A DNA stretch of 64,000 bases from Octopus vulgaris (GCA_951406725.2 OX597814.1:137578001-137642000), one strand, 5' to 3'. Counted from the stretch's first letter, positions 50,063-62,499 are shown. A program made the numbers and translations. The notes: generated by a model not told the origin, from the letters alone.

Positions 50063-51545
50063 CCTTTAGGAAGCCGAACAAGAAGCTATCATACATTAAT
50101 ACAAGTTCCTGTCATCCAGCCTATCCTCAAGTACAGAGATGTTTGATGCTGCCACCCCATATTACAATGAGGCTTTGGCCACCAGCAGTTTCAAGGAGAG
50201 AATTAGTTATACATCAGACCCTAACCCCTCCAAGAGAAAGTGCCACCGGAAAGTGTTGTAGCTTACACTACCCTTCTCTTTAAGTGTTAAAACCCAAGTA
50301 AGTAATATATTTCTTAGCTTAGTAGATAAGCACTTGCACCATACAAATAGGCTCTACAAAATATTCAATAGGTATACCTTGAGAATTTCTTTTAATTGTG
50401 CACCCAGAGTAAAAAATATTTTAGTACGTAGGTCCACACCTGAGACCTTGAAGCCTGGCAAAGATGCTCATGTAGGGGTGATGCAACATGTCCACTGAAT
50501 GGCCACTGTAACATGGAGATGATCATATACAAGTCAGAGGTAACAGCTGTAGGCCCAAAAGGATAACCAAATGTATGAAAGTATATGAGAGCAACTGAAG
50601 GCCCCTTCAGAGCTCACTATAACAACCACAAGTCCTCCTTCAACATCCTGGAGGGATGTAACGCCACAACCATAGCCAAACATGTTTGGTCTTTGAAAGA
50701 AGGTGTCACTGAGTACGGTATAGAGTGGAAGATCCTGGAGAAATGTAAACTGTACTCCAATAGCAGCAGGTTATGCCTGGTTGAGAAAAGAGCACCCAGC
50801 ACCCAAGCATTTACCTGAATCAGAGAAGTGAAATTTTTAATCCTTGCCCATATGAAAGGAAGTACATCCTATCATACCTGCATGCCCCATCATGACTATA
50901 ATCACTAATCCCTTAACTTTGGCCCTCTGCCAATACCTTGAAGCCTGGCAAAGAGTTTGATCACAGCATACACTAATGCACCTACAAACAAGCATGGCGG
51001 ACAGCTACCCAATAGACTGCCCCCCCCCCCCAATATAAACTTCCACACATATCTTACCCTTTTATACACTGCATACACACATAAAGACCCCATGTACTTA
51101 ACCAATGCATAAAAGAAAGAAAACATGCTAACGAACACAGATGTGTATGTTACACCCCCTGCAAAAGTTATACATATAGTACCACTACACAAATTCCGTT
51201 TCCGTAAGAACACCAACCTTAAGGACATACACATTTTCCACAAACTTTTCCAGAAAACTCTTACTGACTTGCCACATAACCACCCCGGGTGGTGAGGTCT
51301 TGGTACCAAGGATATAACTCTTAACTCAATCCTCTACTCATTTCGTTTCATCATCTTTTTTTAAAGCAATTACAAACTGGATATGTCTGTTCACCTCCAA
51401 CAATAGAGAGCAGTCGCTATATTTCATTCCATATTGACTACCTCTGATGAGCAAAGGGTTACATAATCGGATTGTTACTTAACACTCTGTTGAATCCCTG
51501 GTGCAAAACCCATTGGTCAGATCAGCCATAATGGATATATAATAC
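50062..51545 (+). mobile_element. Degenerate 5'-truncated Penelope-like element (thumb, GIY-YIG, 3' region with decayed hammerhead), flanked by (TA)n
   Basis: YKIFNRYTLRISF, CSCRGDATCPLNGHC..IIYK, FRAHYNNHKSSF..TIAKHVWSLKE..IEWKILEK..RLCLVEK, LNQRSE. Confidence 0.85.
51438..51525 (+). ncRNA. Degenerate hammerhead ribozyme
   Basis: CTGATGA(51444-51450) gca-aaggg...ccct-ggtgc AAAA cccattgg TC; GAAA decayed to AAAA and stem I is weak. Confidence 0.5.
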
Positions 51546-52051
51546 TGTACACTTCAGATATATATATATATGTATATTTATTTATGTATGTAAGCTGTAT
51601 TTAAAATTAAAGTTTAATCAGGTGACTTTAAGGTGTAGTATCCAAACCTTGTCATAGGAATGTCTCTTGTAGTGTGCCTGCAAAGCACCTTCACTGCTTC
51701 TTGAGCAATAAGAAAATATAGAGCAAATTGAAAATGGAGGGGACCAATAGGTGGTTCATCAATTTTTAGACATTATATTATGTTAACTTATTTATTTATT
51801 TACTAAACTGATAATTACAATACTATACATACATATATATAACATATTATGCTTTACATATAAGATATAAGATATAAAATATAGTAATATATAAGGATAC
51901 CAGTAATTATTATAAAATAACAAACATGAATATAAATTAGGAAAATAACTTACAGCTGTTTCAGCCAATAGATAAAAATACCTCATTCTACCTTTATTAC
52001 TCAAGTGGAGTGAAGTAGTGTATGTATATATATTTTACGTATATATATATC

Positions 52052-53618
52052 TCTCTATATATAAAACTGAGAATGTGTGTCTGTCTGTGTGTTTCCCTAA
52101 AACTTGAGAACTACACAACCAATTTCATTCAAATTTTACACATGCCTTACTTGTGTTGTTTCATGGGCAAAAAAAATGTTCAACTTCTTGCCTAGGGTGA
52201 GCCCATAGCAATATCATATCTTCTCCACTATTACGTGTTAAAAGTGAAACAAAAACATTTCTCTATTTTATGTCAGATACTTTCACTTTAACAATAAAAA
52301 TTAGGGATAATAATAACAATTGAATTATATGTAGTAAGAAATAATTAAAAGAAAACTAAAGTATAATATAATAATTAAATCGTAACATAACAATTAAAAG
52401 TAAAAATAGCAGTTGGTATAAAATTGCATCAATGACTTGAACTTGAATAAGTGGTTTCACATGAAAGGGAATAAATAAAAAATAAAATTTAAGTGCAGAA
52501 ATGGAATAGTCCAGATGGAGGTGTGCACATACCGTTTACCACGGCTTTTACATTAGATTATCTGCTAATTAGCTAGCATTAAGTATCTATATGAAGTTTC
52601 GCTGTAGGTAATGTCTGTTTTCTCGAACAGCCGCTTCTACTGAGTACTGCTGTTGGTTTATTTCTTATACATAAAGGACTATAGCTTCAACTGCGTACTG
52701 CTTTTTGATTCACCGTAAGGTTTGTTGCTATTATTATTACTGTTTAACTATTATCACATTTGTTGGTTCCTCGTAAGGGGAACGTTGTTGTGTTGCATTT
52801 ATTAAATAATTGTAAACTGTAACCCTCCCCCTTTGGGAGAAGGAGCTTTAGTTATTGTTTAAAAATTGAATTGTGTCCCTGTTTGGGGAAATTGACAATA
52901 TTTTCACCGTTTACATGGAAGCAGTTTTGTTAGAATGCCTTCGAAAGAAGAAAGTCCAAAAATGAATTTCGCTGCAGCCGTCGGCGGGCACAAACTCATT
53001 GAAATTAAAACGGAAGAAATACAAACCTATTTCGGATTGATCACCGACAAAGACGGTGAATCTAGGATAACACCAACAAACGAAATAAAAAATTAAATTA
53101 AAGAAAAGACTATTGTCTATAAAGTATACAATGTAGAGAAAAAAAAAAGATTTGAACACCTGGAGGAAAGCACTATCGAAAAGTGTCTTGGTGCGACTAT
53201 AAAAGATATCTAACCAGAGGTGGAAAATTCGCCACAATAGAAGCAAGGTTCGAGTCAACGGAGCTTGCTAGTTAGTACTCGACTCAAACCTTGCAAAGTG
53301 GAAATATTTTATTTTTACCTTTATATCTGGGATGTAGGATGTCCCGGATAAAAATTTAAAATGTCCCCCCAGAAGTAGAGGTAGGCTGGATTGTAGCCAC
53401 ACTTCTATACAAGAGGGAGGACAACATACAATTGATCGAAATTGCAAGAGACGGGCCTACAATTCCAGTCTGTTAAATATTTTGAGTATTGTTATCACTA
53501 GCGATATCAAGATATAACTTTATATTTTGTATTTTATGTGTAAATATATATAGATGTGCATATAATATGTACACATATATATACACATATTTACATGCAC
53601 TAGTATATATAATGCTAG
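52052..53618 (+). mobile_element. Non-autonomous Helitron, family 2, long form with captured LINE ORF1-like cargo
   Basis: 5' tctctatatataaaactgagaatgtgtgtctgtc and 3' ..taatgCTAG; both ends shared with 60897-61452. Confidence 0.7.
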
Positions 53619-53636
53619 TATATATATATATATGTG

Positions 53637-53671
<35 letters not shown>

Positions 53672-53674
53672 GTG

Positions 53675-53709
<35 letters not shown>

Positions 53710-53714
53710 GTGTG

Positions 53715-53756
<42 letters not shown>

Positions 53757-53879
53757 TATGTATATACATATAAAATATAAGGATAAAATCTATATGAGAT
53801 TTATCAAGTAGCCAGTGTGGAAAACCAATTTAGGAAAAAATTAATACAAAGTATGTAATTTTTCTTTATTCTTTTTTTT

Positions 53880-54295
53880 CTTCCTTTATTTGTTTCAGTC
53901 ATTTGACTGTGACCATGCTGGAGCACCGCCTTTAAGTAGAGCAAATCAAGCCCACCACTTATTCTTTGTAAGCCTAGTACTTATCCTTTCAGTCTCTTTT
54001 GCCAAACTGCTAAGTTACGGGGATGTAAACACACCAACATCGATTATCAAGCGATGTTGAGAGGACAAACACAGGTGCACAAACATATACATACTCATGC
54101 CAGCATGGAAAATGGACGTTAAATGATGATGATGATGGGCTTCTTTCAGTTTCCATCTACAAAATCCACTCACAAGGTTTTGGTCAGTCTGAGGCTAAAG
54201 TAGAAGACATTTGCCCAAGGTGGCATACAGTGGGACTGAACCTGGAAGCATGTGGTTGATAAGCAACCTACTCACCACACAGCCACTCCTGCACC
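53880..54295 (-). mobile_element. tRNA-derived SINE, family B
   Basis: Reverse complement of the 22768 copy, head ..accacacagccactcctgcacc. Confidence 0.85.
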
Positions 54296-54325
54296 AATAA
54301 TAAATAATAAATGAATTTATATAAC

Positions 54326-54413
<88 letters not shown>

Positions 54414-54549
54414 CATACATAAATAAATATATGCATGTATATTTATTGAAGTAGTTTGACTTTACAGGTTTTGATGTTACTTATAGTAATAGCCCACTAC
54501 AGGTTTTGATGTTACTTATAGTAATAGCCCTTAATATAATTAATGTATA

Positions 54550-54589
<40 letters not shown>

Positions 54590-54592
54590 CAT

Positions 54593-54625
<33 letters not shown>

Positions 54626-54781
54626 CCGGAGTAAACACATAGATGTGAAACAAGGTGGAAAAAAGAGTACTCAAATACCAGTGGTAGAGTAATATGCTTT
54701 ATTTTAAGCGGCAGAAAATTCAACAAAATCTGTTACTCTAAGTTTCTCGTTGCTGTTCATCAGACAGTTTTTGCTAGAATG
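54626..54781 (-). mobile_element. Solo 3'-terminal fragment of the PLE at 55337-58093, with hammerhead at 54730-54767
   Basis: ~155 bp nearly identical to 55337-55492; abuts (TA)n. Confidence 0.85.
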
Positions 54782-55298
54782 TCATCTTCGCTGTTTGTGG
54801 CCAAGCATTATCCTGACAGAAGAACATCTTTCGTCTTGAAAAAAAATGGTCATTTTCAATGGCATGATGGTGTCAAGGAATGGTTGAATGACCAAATCCA
54901 AGCTTCTCTGCTAGTTCCTCAACAGTTATGATGGGATTTTCCACTAGGGTTTGCGGGATGTCCTTATCAAGCTCTACATATCTTCCAGGAAGAGACTCGT
55001 TTTCAAGGCTGTAGTTTCTGGCTCAGAATTTCTAGAACCACCATTGACACTGGCTTACACTTATTGTCTGATCTCCATATACTGCATTAATATTCCTCTC
55101 ACAACTCATAAAGCAAAGTATGCTGAATATGCTCCTTTGTCACTTCCATTATAGCTTTGAAAAAATAACTGTTGAAAGAATAAGGACAAAGTAAAATTAC
55201 TAGCTGCTTTTATAGCAAGTTGATGCAGGTAGTTTATTTTGTCTCCCTCCGACTTTTAGTTCATGCAGTTGAAATCACTGCATTATTTATGGGATGAC

Positions 55299-55304
<6 letters not shown>
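54782..55304 (-). mobile_element. Mariner fragment with one TIR (family of 38190-39430)
   Basis: ctgcattatttatgggatgacccaata plus internal similarity to 38560-39430. Confidence 0.85.
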
Positions 55305-55338
<34 letters not shown>

Positions 55339-55407
55339 GGAGTAAACACATAAATGTGAAACAAGGTGGAAAAAAGAGTACTCAAATACCAGTGGTAGAG
55401 TAATATG

Positions 55408-56701
55408 CTTTATTTTAAGCAGCAGAAAATTCAACAAAATCTGTTACTCTGAGTTTCTCGTTGCCGTTCATCAGACAGTTTTTGCTAGAATGGAACTGAT
55501 ATATCAATTCAATCTATACTCTTACAAACGCTACACCTTTAAAAAGAAATGGACTTGTTTGATTGGCCCTTTAGAAAAAACGGTCAATCTTCGAGCGATA
55601 AACAAAAAGGTCAAAAATATATGTATATATATATAAAAAAACTTATAAAAATTATAAAATCCGAGGAAAAAAACCTATTGACGTTAATGAAGACAGTGCA
55701 AATTAATGCATAGAAATTAAACCTGTTATAAATACTGCAATACATATTTATATTAAAATCTACATATATATATCAACATACACAAAAGGATGCCAGAAAC
55801 GCCATACATACATATACAGACGTATGAATATAAATCTAAATATACACATAAAAGCATGTGTACATATATTCACGCAAACCGTCTCGCACGCAAGCTAAAA
55901 TTCATCTATGTAGCAATTCTCATATACTGAGCAAGGAGGGCGAACGAAAGAAAGGGAGAGAGAGAAAAAGGAACGAAGGAGGGGTGGGGAAAAAACGAAA
56001 TATTATGTATACAAGCAGTGTAACTGTATTATTGGCATATATAAAGACCAGTATACATACACAAGTTTGAATGGATACACATACATACAGTCGTGTATAT
56101 GTGTGCTTAAGCACAAACATACTTTCACTTACACATACACAGATACGCATGCTTACAAATACATATGCTTTGCTATACACATACTTATATAAATATTCTA
56201 ATTTTGACAACATTGCTTTTTTTAAAAAAACATTGCTTTTAAAAATGGGTGCATTAATAAAAATATATACGAAAGACATATAAAATAAAATAAAATATAA
56301 CATCCTATTTTGGGTCATTTATAAATAATCAAGGTAATTCTATGCAATACAATAACATGAAAACAAAGTTTGTAGGTTTTTCCTAATATATATGTAGAAA
56401 CATAAGACTTTGCTATACGGATTAAGATCCGCATTCCTTGGAAACAAAATCCATCGTAGCGCTCATCGTTCAAGAGTCAAAATCAAAATCAAAAATACAA
56501 AATATATACTCTATCCATATGGTATATATATATTCGACATTTTAAATTTAGCCGCGTGCCTACATAAGTTCATTAGCTCACTTCTTTGATTCAAAGAATT
56601 ATTGTCTTTGAATAAGATGTACATTTTTTCTAATAGACAAAGTCTGCACTTGAAATTATTTTTGTAAGCTCCATGCCTGTATGGTGCCGCCCTGTCCAGA
56701 A
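55408..56701 (-). repeat. Left (inverted) arm of a ~2.7-kb PLE palindrome
   Basis: Reverse complement of 56794-58093. Confidence 0.95.
55441..55478 (-). ncRNA. Minimal type I hammerhead ribozyme
   Basis: - strand ctgt CTGATGA acggcaacga GAAA ctcagag TA acag. Confidence 0.75.
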
Positions 56702-56984
56702 ATACCCAGAGAATAGGAAGAAAACCAGCCTAGCAAAATATGTCTGGGAACTAAAAGAAAAGGAAGCCCCACCTTTCAACGTGACATGGAGCATTCTGGA
56801 CAGGGCGGCACCATACAGGCATGGAGCTTACAAAAATAATTTCAAGTGCAGACTTTGTCTATTAGAAAAAATGTACATCTTATTCAAAGACAATAATTCT
56901 TTGAATCAAAGAAGTGAGCTAATGAACTTATGTAGGCACGCGGCTAAATTTAAAATGTCGAATATAAATATACCATATGGATAG
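56702..56984 (+). mobile_element. C-terminal end of a Penelope-like GIY-YIG endonuclease ORF (92-bp spacer plus the start of the right arm)
   Basis: KTSLAKYVWELKE..VTWSILDRAAPY..KCRLCLLEKMYIL..LNQRSELMNLCRH. Confidence 0.9.
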
Positions 56985-58092
56985 AGTATATATTTTGTAT
57001 TTTTGATTTTGATTTTGATTTTGACTCTTGAACGATGAGCGCTACGATGGATTTTGTTTCCAAGGAATGCGGATCTTAATCCGTATAGCAAAGTCTTATG
57101 TTTCTACATATATATTAGGAAAAACCTACAAACTTTGTTTTCATGTTATTGTATTGCATAGAATTACCTTGATTATTTATAAATGACCCAAAATAGGATG
57201 TTATATTTTATTTTATTTTATATGTCTTTCGTATATATTTTTATTAATGCACCCATTTTTAAAAGCAATGTTTTTTTTAAAAAAGCAATGTTGTCAAAAT
57301 TAGAATATTTATATAAGTATGTGTATAGCAAAGCATATGTATTTGTAAGCATGCGTATCTGTATGTGTAAGTGAAAGTATGTTTGTGCTTAAGCACACAT
57401 ATACACGACTGTTTGTATGTGTATCCATTCAAACTTGTGTATGTATACTGGTCTTTATATATGCCAATAATACAGTTACACTGCTTGTATACATAATATT
57501 TCGTTTTTTCCCCACCCCTCCTTCGTTCCTTTTTCTCTCTCTCCCTTTCTTTCGTTCCCCCTCCTTGCTCAGTATATGAGAATTGCTACATAGATGAATT
57601 TTAGCTTGCGTGCGAGATGGTTTGCGTGAATATATGTACACATGCTTTTATGTGTATATTTAGATTTATATTCATACGTCTGTATATGTATGTATGGCGT
57701 TTACGCGCATCCTTTTGTGTATGTTGATATATATATGTAGATTTTAATATAAATATGTATTGCAGTATTTATAACAGGTTTAATTTCTATGCATTAATTT
57801 GCACTGTCTTCATTAACGTCAATAGGTTTTTTTCCTCAGATTTTATAATTTTTATAAGTTTTTTTTATATATATATACATATATTTTTGACCTTTTTGTT
57901 TATCGCTCGAAGATTGACCGTTTTTTCTAAAGGGCCAATCAAACAAGTCCATTTCTTTTTAAAGGTGTAGCATTTGTAAGAGTATAGATTGAATTGATAT
58001 ATCAGTTCCATTCTAGCAAAAACTGTCTGATGAACGGCAACGAGAAACTCAGAGTAACAGATTTTGTTGAATTTTCTGCTGCTTAAAATAAA

Positions 58093-58093
<1 letters not shown>
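56794..58093 (+). repeat. Right (sense) arm of the ~2.7-kb PLE palindrome
   Basis: Reverse complement of 55408-56701; ends in (TA)n. Confidence 0.95.
58023..58060 (+). ncRNA. Minimal type I hammerhead ribozyme
   Basis: ctgt CTGATGA(58027-58033) a-cg-gcaa-cg-a GAAA ctcagag TA acag; predicted cleavage after GTA at 58056. Confidence 0.75.
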
Positions 58094-58135
<42 letters not shown>

Positions 58136-58183
58136 GGGGTATATAAAGTAAACAAACAGGGTGTTAGTTGTGCTCAACCCTTG

Positions 58184-58240
<57 letters not shown>

Positions 58241-59084
58241 GCCTCTGACCAGCAAGTTACGGATATAGCTAAGAGCATAGTAGACACAAAAACCAATGGT
58301 AACTTTCTGACCAGCCATAACCAACAACTGCATAAAATATATATTCACACACACACACACACACACGTGTGTGTGTGTGTGTATCCTGTTTCTGACCTTC
58401 AAATTATTGAAAAAAATCCAAGAGTTTGCATATGATTCTAATCATTGTCAGTCAGGATTTCCTTTATAAGTGTAAATAGTGCCTTTGTAGAATAGCTTGG
58501 ACTAGACATAGGTGCAGTCTTCTGAAAGAACTACACTATTTAAGGAAAAAAAATCATTATATTAAGCTATTAAATTTTTGCTTTTTTAAGTCTATTTTTC
58601 AACTAAATTCAAATGTTTTAGTAACTCCTGTTTATATTTCTTCATCTATACTTATAATTACTTGTTTAAAGTAATCATAATTGTGTTTAAAATATAGAAA
58701 TTTGAAGAAAATTTCAAAATAACAGTTAAACACTTACTGTGGGGAGGACTCTGTCTTAACATTTTGTTTGAATGTCACAAAAGTATGCCTTTACCAGTAT
58801 AATTCTTTTGTAAGACAGCTTTGTTGGATGGATATTAATTTCATTGTGGCCTTCCATCATAAAAAGATCTCCTTATATCTGGAGTAGCTGACTCACTGAA
58901 CTAGCATACACATACACACGCACATCTGAATGTATATGCGTGTCCATACTAATTATTTTATATATATCTTATAAAATGTTATGTTATAAACAGTTAAGTA
59001 TACATGGTTATTGGGTGAGGGTATGGGAACGTGGCTGGTGGTTGGAAAATAAATAGAATATAGAATAGTTATCCAGGCAGAATA

Positions 59085-59700
59085 TGTGGATTATTCAAAA
59101 TGTTTAAAATCTTGTAATTTAAACTGCATTGTATGTAGGCAAGGAGAGAAAATTTCTTTCCTGATGTTCAAGATGTTTGCTGTTGAGGTTATGATATTTA
59201 GCTTCTCAGTGACACAGGAGTTACAGTTGTCTTGTCTTGTATACCAGTCAAGCCTGGCTATTAAATTTATTAAGGTGTTTTCCACATTGCCACATTTAGG
59301 CCCCATATGATTTTGGTCAAAGACATAATATTTCTTTTATTCTTGTCCCTGAATGAAACCAAATACTGTGTATATCGTTCTCTGAAGGCATTTTTGATCA
59401 GTCTAATTAAAATTTTTATGGTACCACCTGTGTCTGCAATGTTGGCTCTGTAGACCAATTCTTTTATAAGACACTTTTTGTTCAAAGAACACTTATCAGT
59501 GGATTGGTATTTACATAATCATTGTGGTGTTGTTTTTTTTTTATTCTAGTTGAAAATCCCCAAGCCTGTATTAGGATGGTAACTATAAATTTTACTGGGT
59601 TCCTATTAAAGATCTTATGATGTTAGTGTGAACATGGTAATTGGATGTCAATAAATTTTTGGAATCACTGGTTATATTTCTGGCTAAATTTATAGTGTGG
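59085..59700 (-). mobile_element. Degenerate Penelope-like GIY-YIG region
   Basis: CLIKELVYRA..AFRERY..SLTKIIW and CNSCVTEKLNII..LNIRKEIFSPCLH. Confidence 0.8.
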
Positions 59701-59863
59701 CCTATCAATGGTTGGTTCAACATAAGTTATTTGATTCTCAAAACTGGACCTTTCTAATGCGATGCTATAGTATAGAATTGCCTCTTTGAAATATGCCCTT
59801 TCCCCATACCTACCAAATACTCATGCTTAAATCTAAAATTAAATATATATATGTTCATATATT

Positions 59864-59896
<33 letters not shown>

Positions 59897-60389
59897 ATAT
59901 ACGAGTATGTGAGTGTGTGTGTATATATAAGTGTTTTTATGTTGATCCTGGCTGCTCCAGAGTTGGAGATGGCTTGGTTGCAAGAGCTTCTCCACTGAAC
60001 TTTATTCAGTGCTATCAATTCCCATATCTTTAGGTTTATCTTGCAGGTTTCCAAGCAGGACTTTAAATTGTCCTTCTAACAGAGCAGTGAGTGGCCTTGG
60101 TGCCCGGCACCAGAGCTAAGCTGACCATAGAAGAGAGCTTTAGGTAAGTGAGTATCTTGCATGTGTACCACATGGTCAATGCTCCTCAGTTGCGCTTTGA
60201 TATGGAAGCTCGCTATGCCTAGAATGTCACATTGTGCAAAAAATTTCTGTGTTGGGGACTTTATCCTGCCACTTAATATTGCAAATTGAATGAAGGTTGT
60301 GCATATGGAATGAATTTAGCTTCTATCTCTTTGCTCTGGTTTCCTCTTCAATGTCGCATTAGCTTTAGCTTTGTACCATTAACCATACA

Positions 60390-60890
60390 GCCAAGTCCTC
60401 TCATGTCTTGTTGCATGTACAAGCAGATCAATGCACATTGGAATTTCTTCCATAATCCCTATCTGGCTAAGTTCAAAATCTGTTTCCTTTGCTTGGGAAC
60501 ATAAATGTGGAAGACAGTTGCCTTGTCATCTAAGTCATTGGGTAGTTTCTGAGATATCTTTGTTTTCTGTTGTTGACTGAACATGTCTTTTCACAAATTG
60601 ATGTATTCATCCATTCAAAGCCTTGAATGTAGGATCTGTGTTTATCTTGGTAGAATCTTGTAAAATCTACAGCAAAGTTATAATGAAATTACTGCTCCTT
60701 TAGTCTATAATCCAGTCTGCTAGTCATCTCTCCATCTCTGAACAGTGGACCTTTTTCCCTATGCATGCTCTTTTAGTTTTGGGCATTTCTATTAGAGCTT
60801 ACTTTTGCTTTCACCAATCTTTTACAATCTTTTCTAATAGTGAAAACTCCTTTTCAGCAGTTCTGTTATTATTCAACTCCATAAATTTTA
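60390..60890 (-). mobile_element. Degenerate pogo/Tigger-like transposase fragment
   Basis: Manual translation gives EMER*LADWI, KTKISQKLP.DLDDK and SQIGIMEEIPM (resembling NMDETP). Confidence 0.55.
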
Positions 60891-60896
60891 TAGCTT

Positions 60897-61452
60897 ATAG
60901 CATTATGACCCGTCGTTGCCGGGTCATAGTGCTAGTGCATGTATATATGTGTATATATATGTGTACATATTACATGTACTTCTATATATATACATCTACA
61001 CATAAAATACAAAATACAAAGTTATATCTTGATATCGCTAGTGATAACAATACTCAAAATATATAACAGACTGGAATTGTAGGCTCGTCTCTTGCAGTTT
61101 CGATCAATTGGATCTTGTCCTCCCTCTTGTATAGAAGTGTGGCTACAATCCAGCCTACCTCTACTTCAGGGGGGATATTTTTAATTTTTATCCGGGACGT
61201 CCTACGTTCCAGATATAAAGGTAAAAATAAAATATTTCCACTTTGCAAGGTTCGAGTCGATTAGAAGATATGATATTGCTATGGGCTTGCTCTAGGCAAG
61301 AAGTCGAACATTTTTTTTGCCCATGAAACTACATGGATGCTAAGTAAGGCATATGTAAAATTTGAATGAAATTGGTTATGTAGTTCTATAGTTTTAGAGA
61401 AACACACAGACAGACAGACAGACACACATTCTCAGTTTTATATATATAGAGA
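60897..61452 (-). mobile_element. Non-autonomous Helitron, family 2, internally deleted form
   Basis: TC start at 61452; strong terminal hairpin tagcattatgacccg..cgggtcatagtgcta; matches 52052-52245 and 53278-53605. Confidence 0.78.
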
Positions 61453-61809
61453 TAGCTTGAAAGTGGCATTATACAAAGAATATTTTCTCTTAACACCAAC
61501 AATAGCCAATATGAGAAAGCTATTCAAAGAAAATGTTTTACTTTATAGAATTTGTTATTTTAAAAGAATGTTTATATTTTTCTTTGTACATTATACATAT
61601 TTGATTAGGTCAATAATTTGATTAATTAGCAATACATAACCAAAGCACATCATCAAAACAGTATATAGTTAACAGCGTCACTAAAGAATGCTATCATGAC
61701 AGCCAGCTAATCAAAGCACAGATTTTCTATGAATGAGTTATTTTGCAGTCAGATGGGCTTTTAAATAAGGAAATGAGTTTGTTATCACTGCTAATTATTA
61801 AAATAGTCA

Positions 61810-62130
61810 GTGTGGCACTTTGGGCAAGTGTCTTCTACTATAGTCTCAGGCCGACCAAAGCCTCGTGAGTGGATTTAGTAGATGGAAACTGAAAGAAGCC
61901 CATCATATACATGTATGTGTGTATATGTTTGTGTGTCTGTATTTGTACCCCCAACATCGCTTGACAACCGATGCTGGTGTGTTTATGTCTGCGTAACTTA
62001 GTGGTTTGGTAAAAGAGACCAATAGAATAAGTACTAGGCTTACAAAGAATAAGTCCGGGGTCGATTTGCTCAACTATAGGCGGTGCTCTAGCATAGATGC
62101 AATCAAATGACTGAAACAAGGAAAAGAATA
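61810..62130 (+). mobile_element. SINE family B lacking its head
   Basis: gggcaagtgtcttctactatag..caaatgactgaaacaag. Confidence 0.85.
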
Positions 62131-62453
62131 ATTAAAAGACCAATTTTGCCAACAAGTGTTTTCAGTCATTGATATGTACAATAATTTAGTCAAAATGGCG
62201 GCACCCGAAGCACTTCATTCATCATATCTCTTATGTCTCAGGCTAAATTATTTTTCTCAATATTATTCAGTGACATTTACAAATAAATTAAGATAGTTTA
62301 TAGCAGAATTTCTCAACCATTTTTTGCCTATGGACCCCTTTGATTCCTATTTCACTCTACATGGAAAACAAATACAGTTCTATATTTAAGAGATGAGGAA
62401 TTATGTACATTATTTACATTTGACGGATATTTGTCCTCATCTTGTTTGTTGTT

Positions 62454-62499
62454 AACACAACGTTTTGGCTGATATACCCTCCAGTCTTCATCAGGTGTC
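62454..62499 (-). ncRNA. Degenerate minimal hammerhead ribozyme
   Basis: - strand gacac CTGATGA a-gactg-gagggtatat-cagcc AAAA cgt T gtgtt; palindromic ACGT stem III; GAAA decayed at a CpG. Confidence 0.6.

Noticed and set aside
54463-54530. 35-bp tandem duplication as a CRISPR-like or regulatory array
   Set aside because: Only two adjacent units with no spacers; an ordinary local duplication in eukaryotic DNA
56673-56701. N-terminus (MPVWCRPVQ) of the 103-aa ORF as a real start
   Set aside because: It comes from the inverted arm; the coding part is a 5'-truncated transposon fragment
55858-57641. Duplicated ORF pairs (MYIYSRKP.., MTQNRMLY..) as paralogous genes
   Set aside because: They are mirror images created by the palindrome in non-coding 3' sequence, and one pair is broken by a small indel
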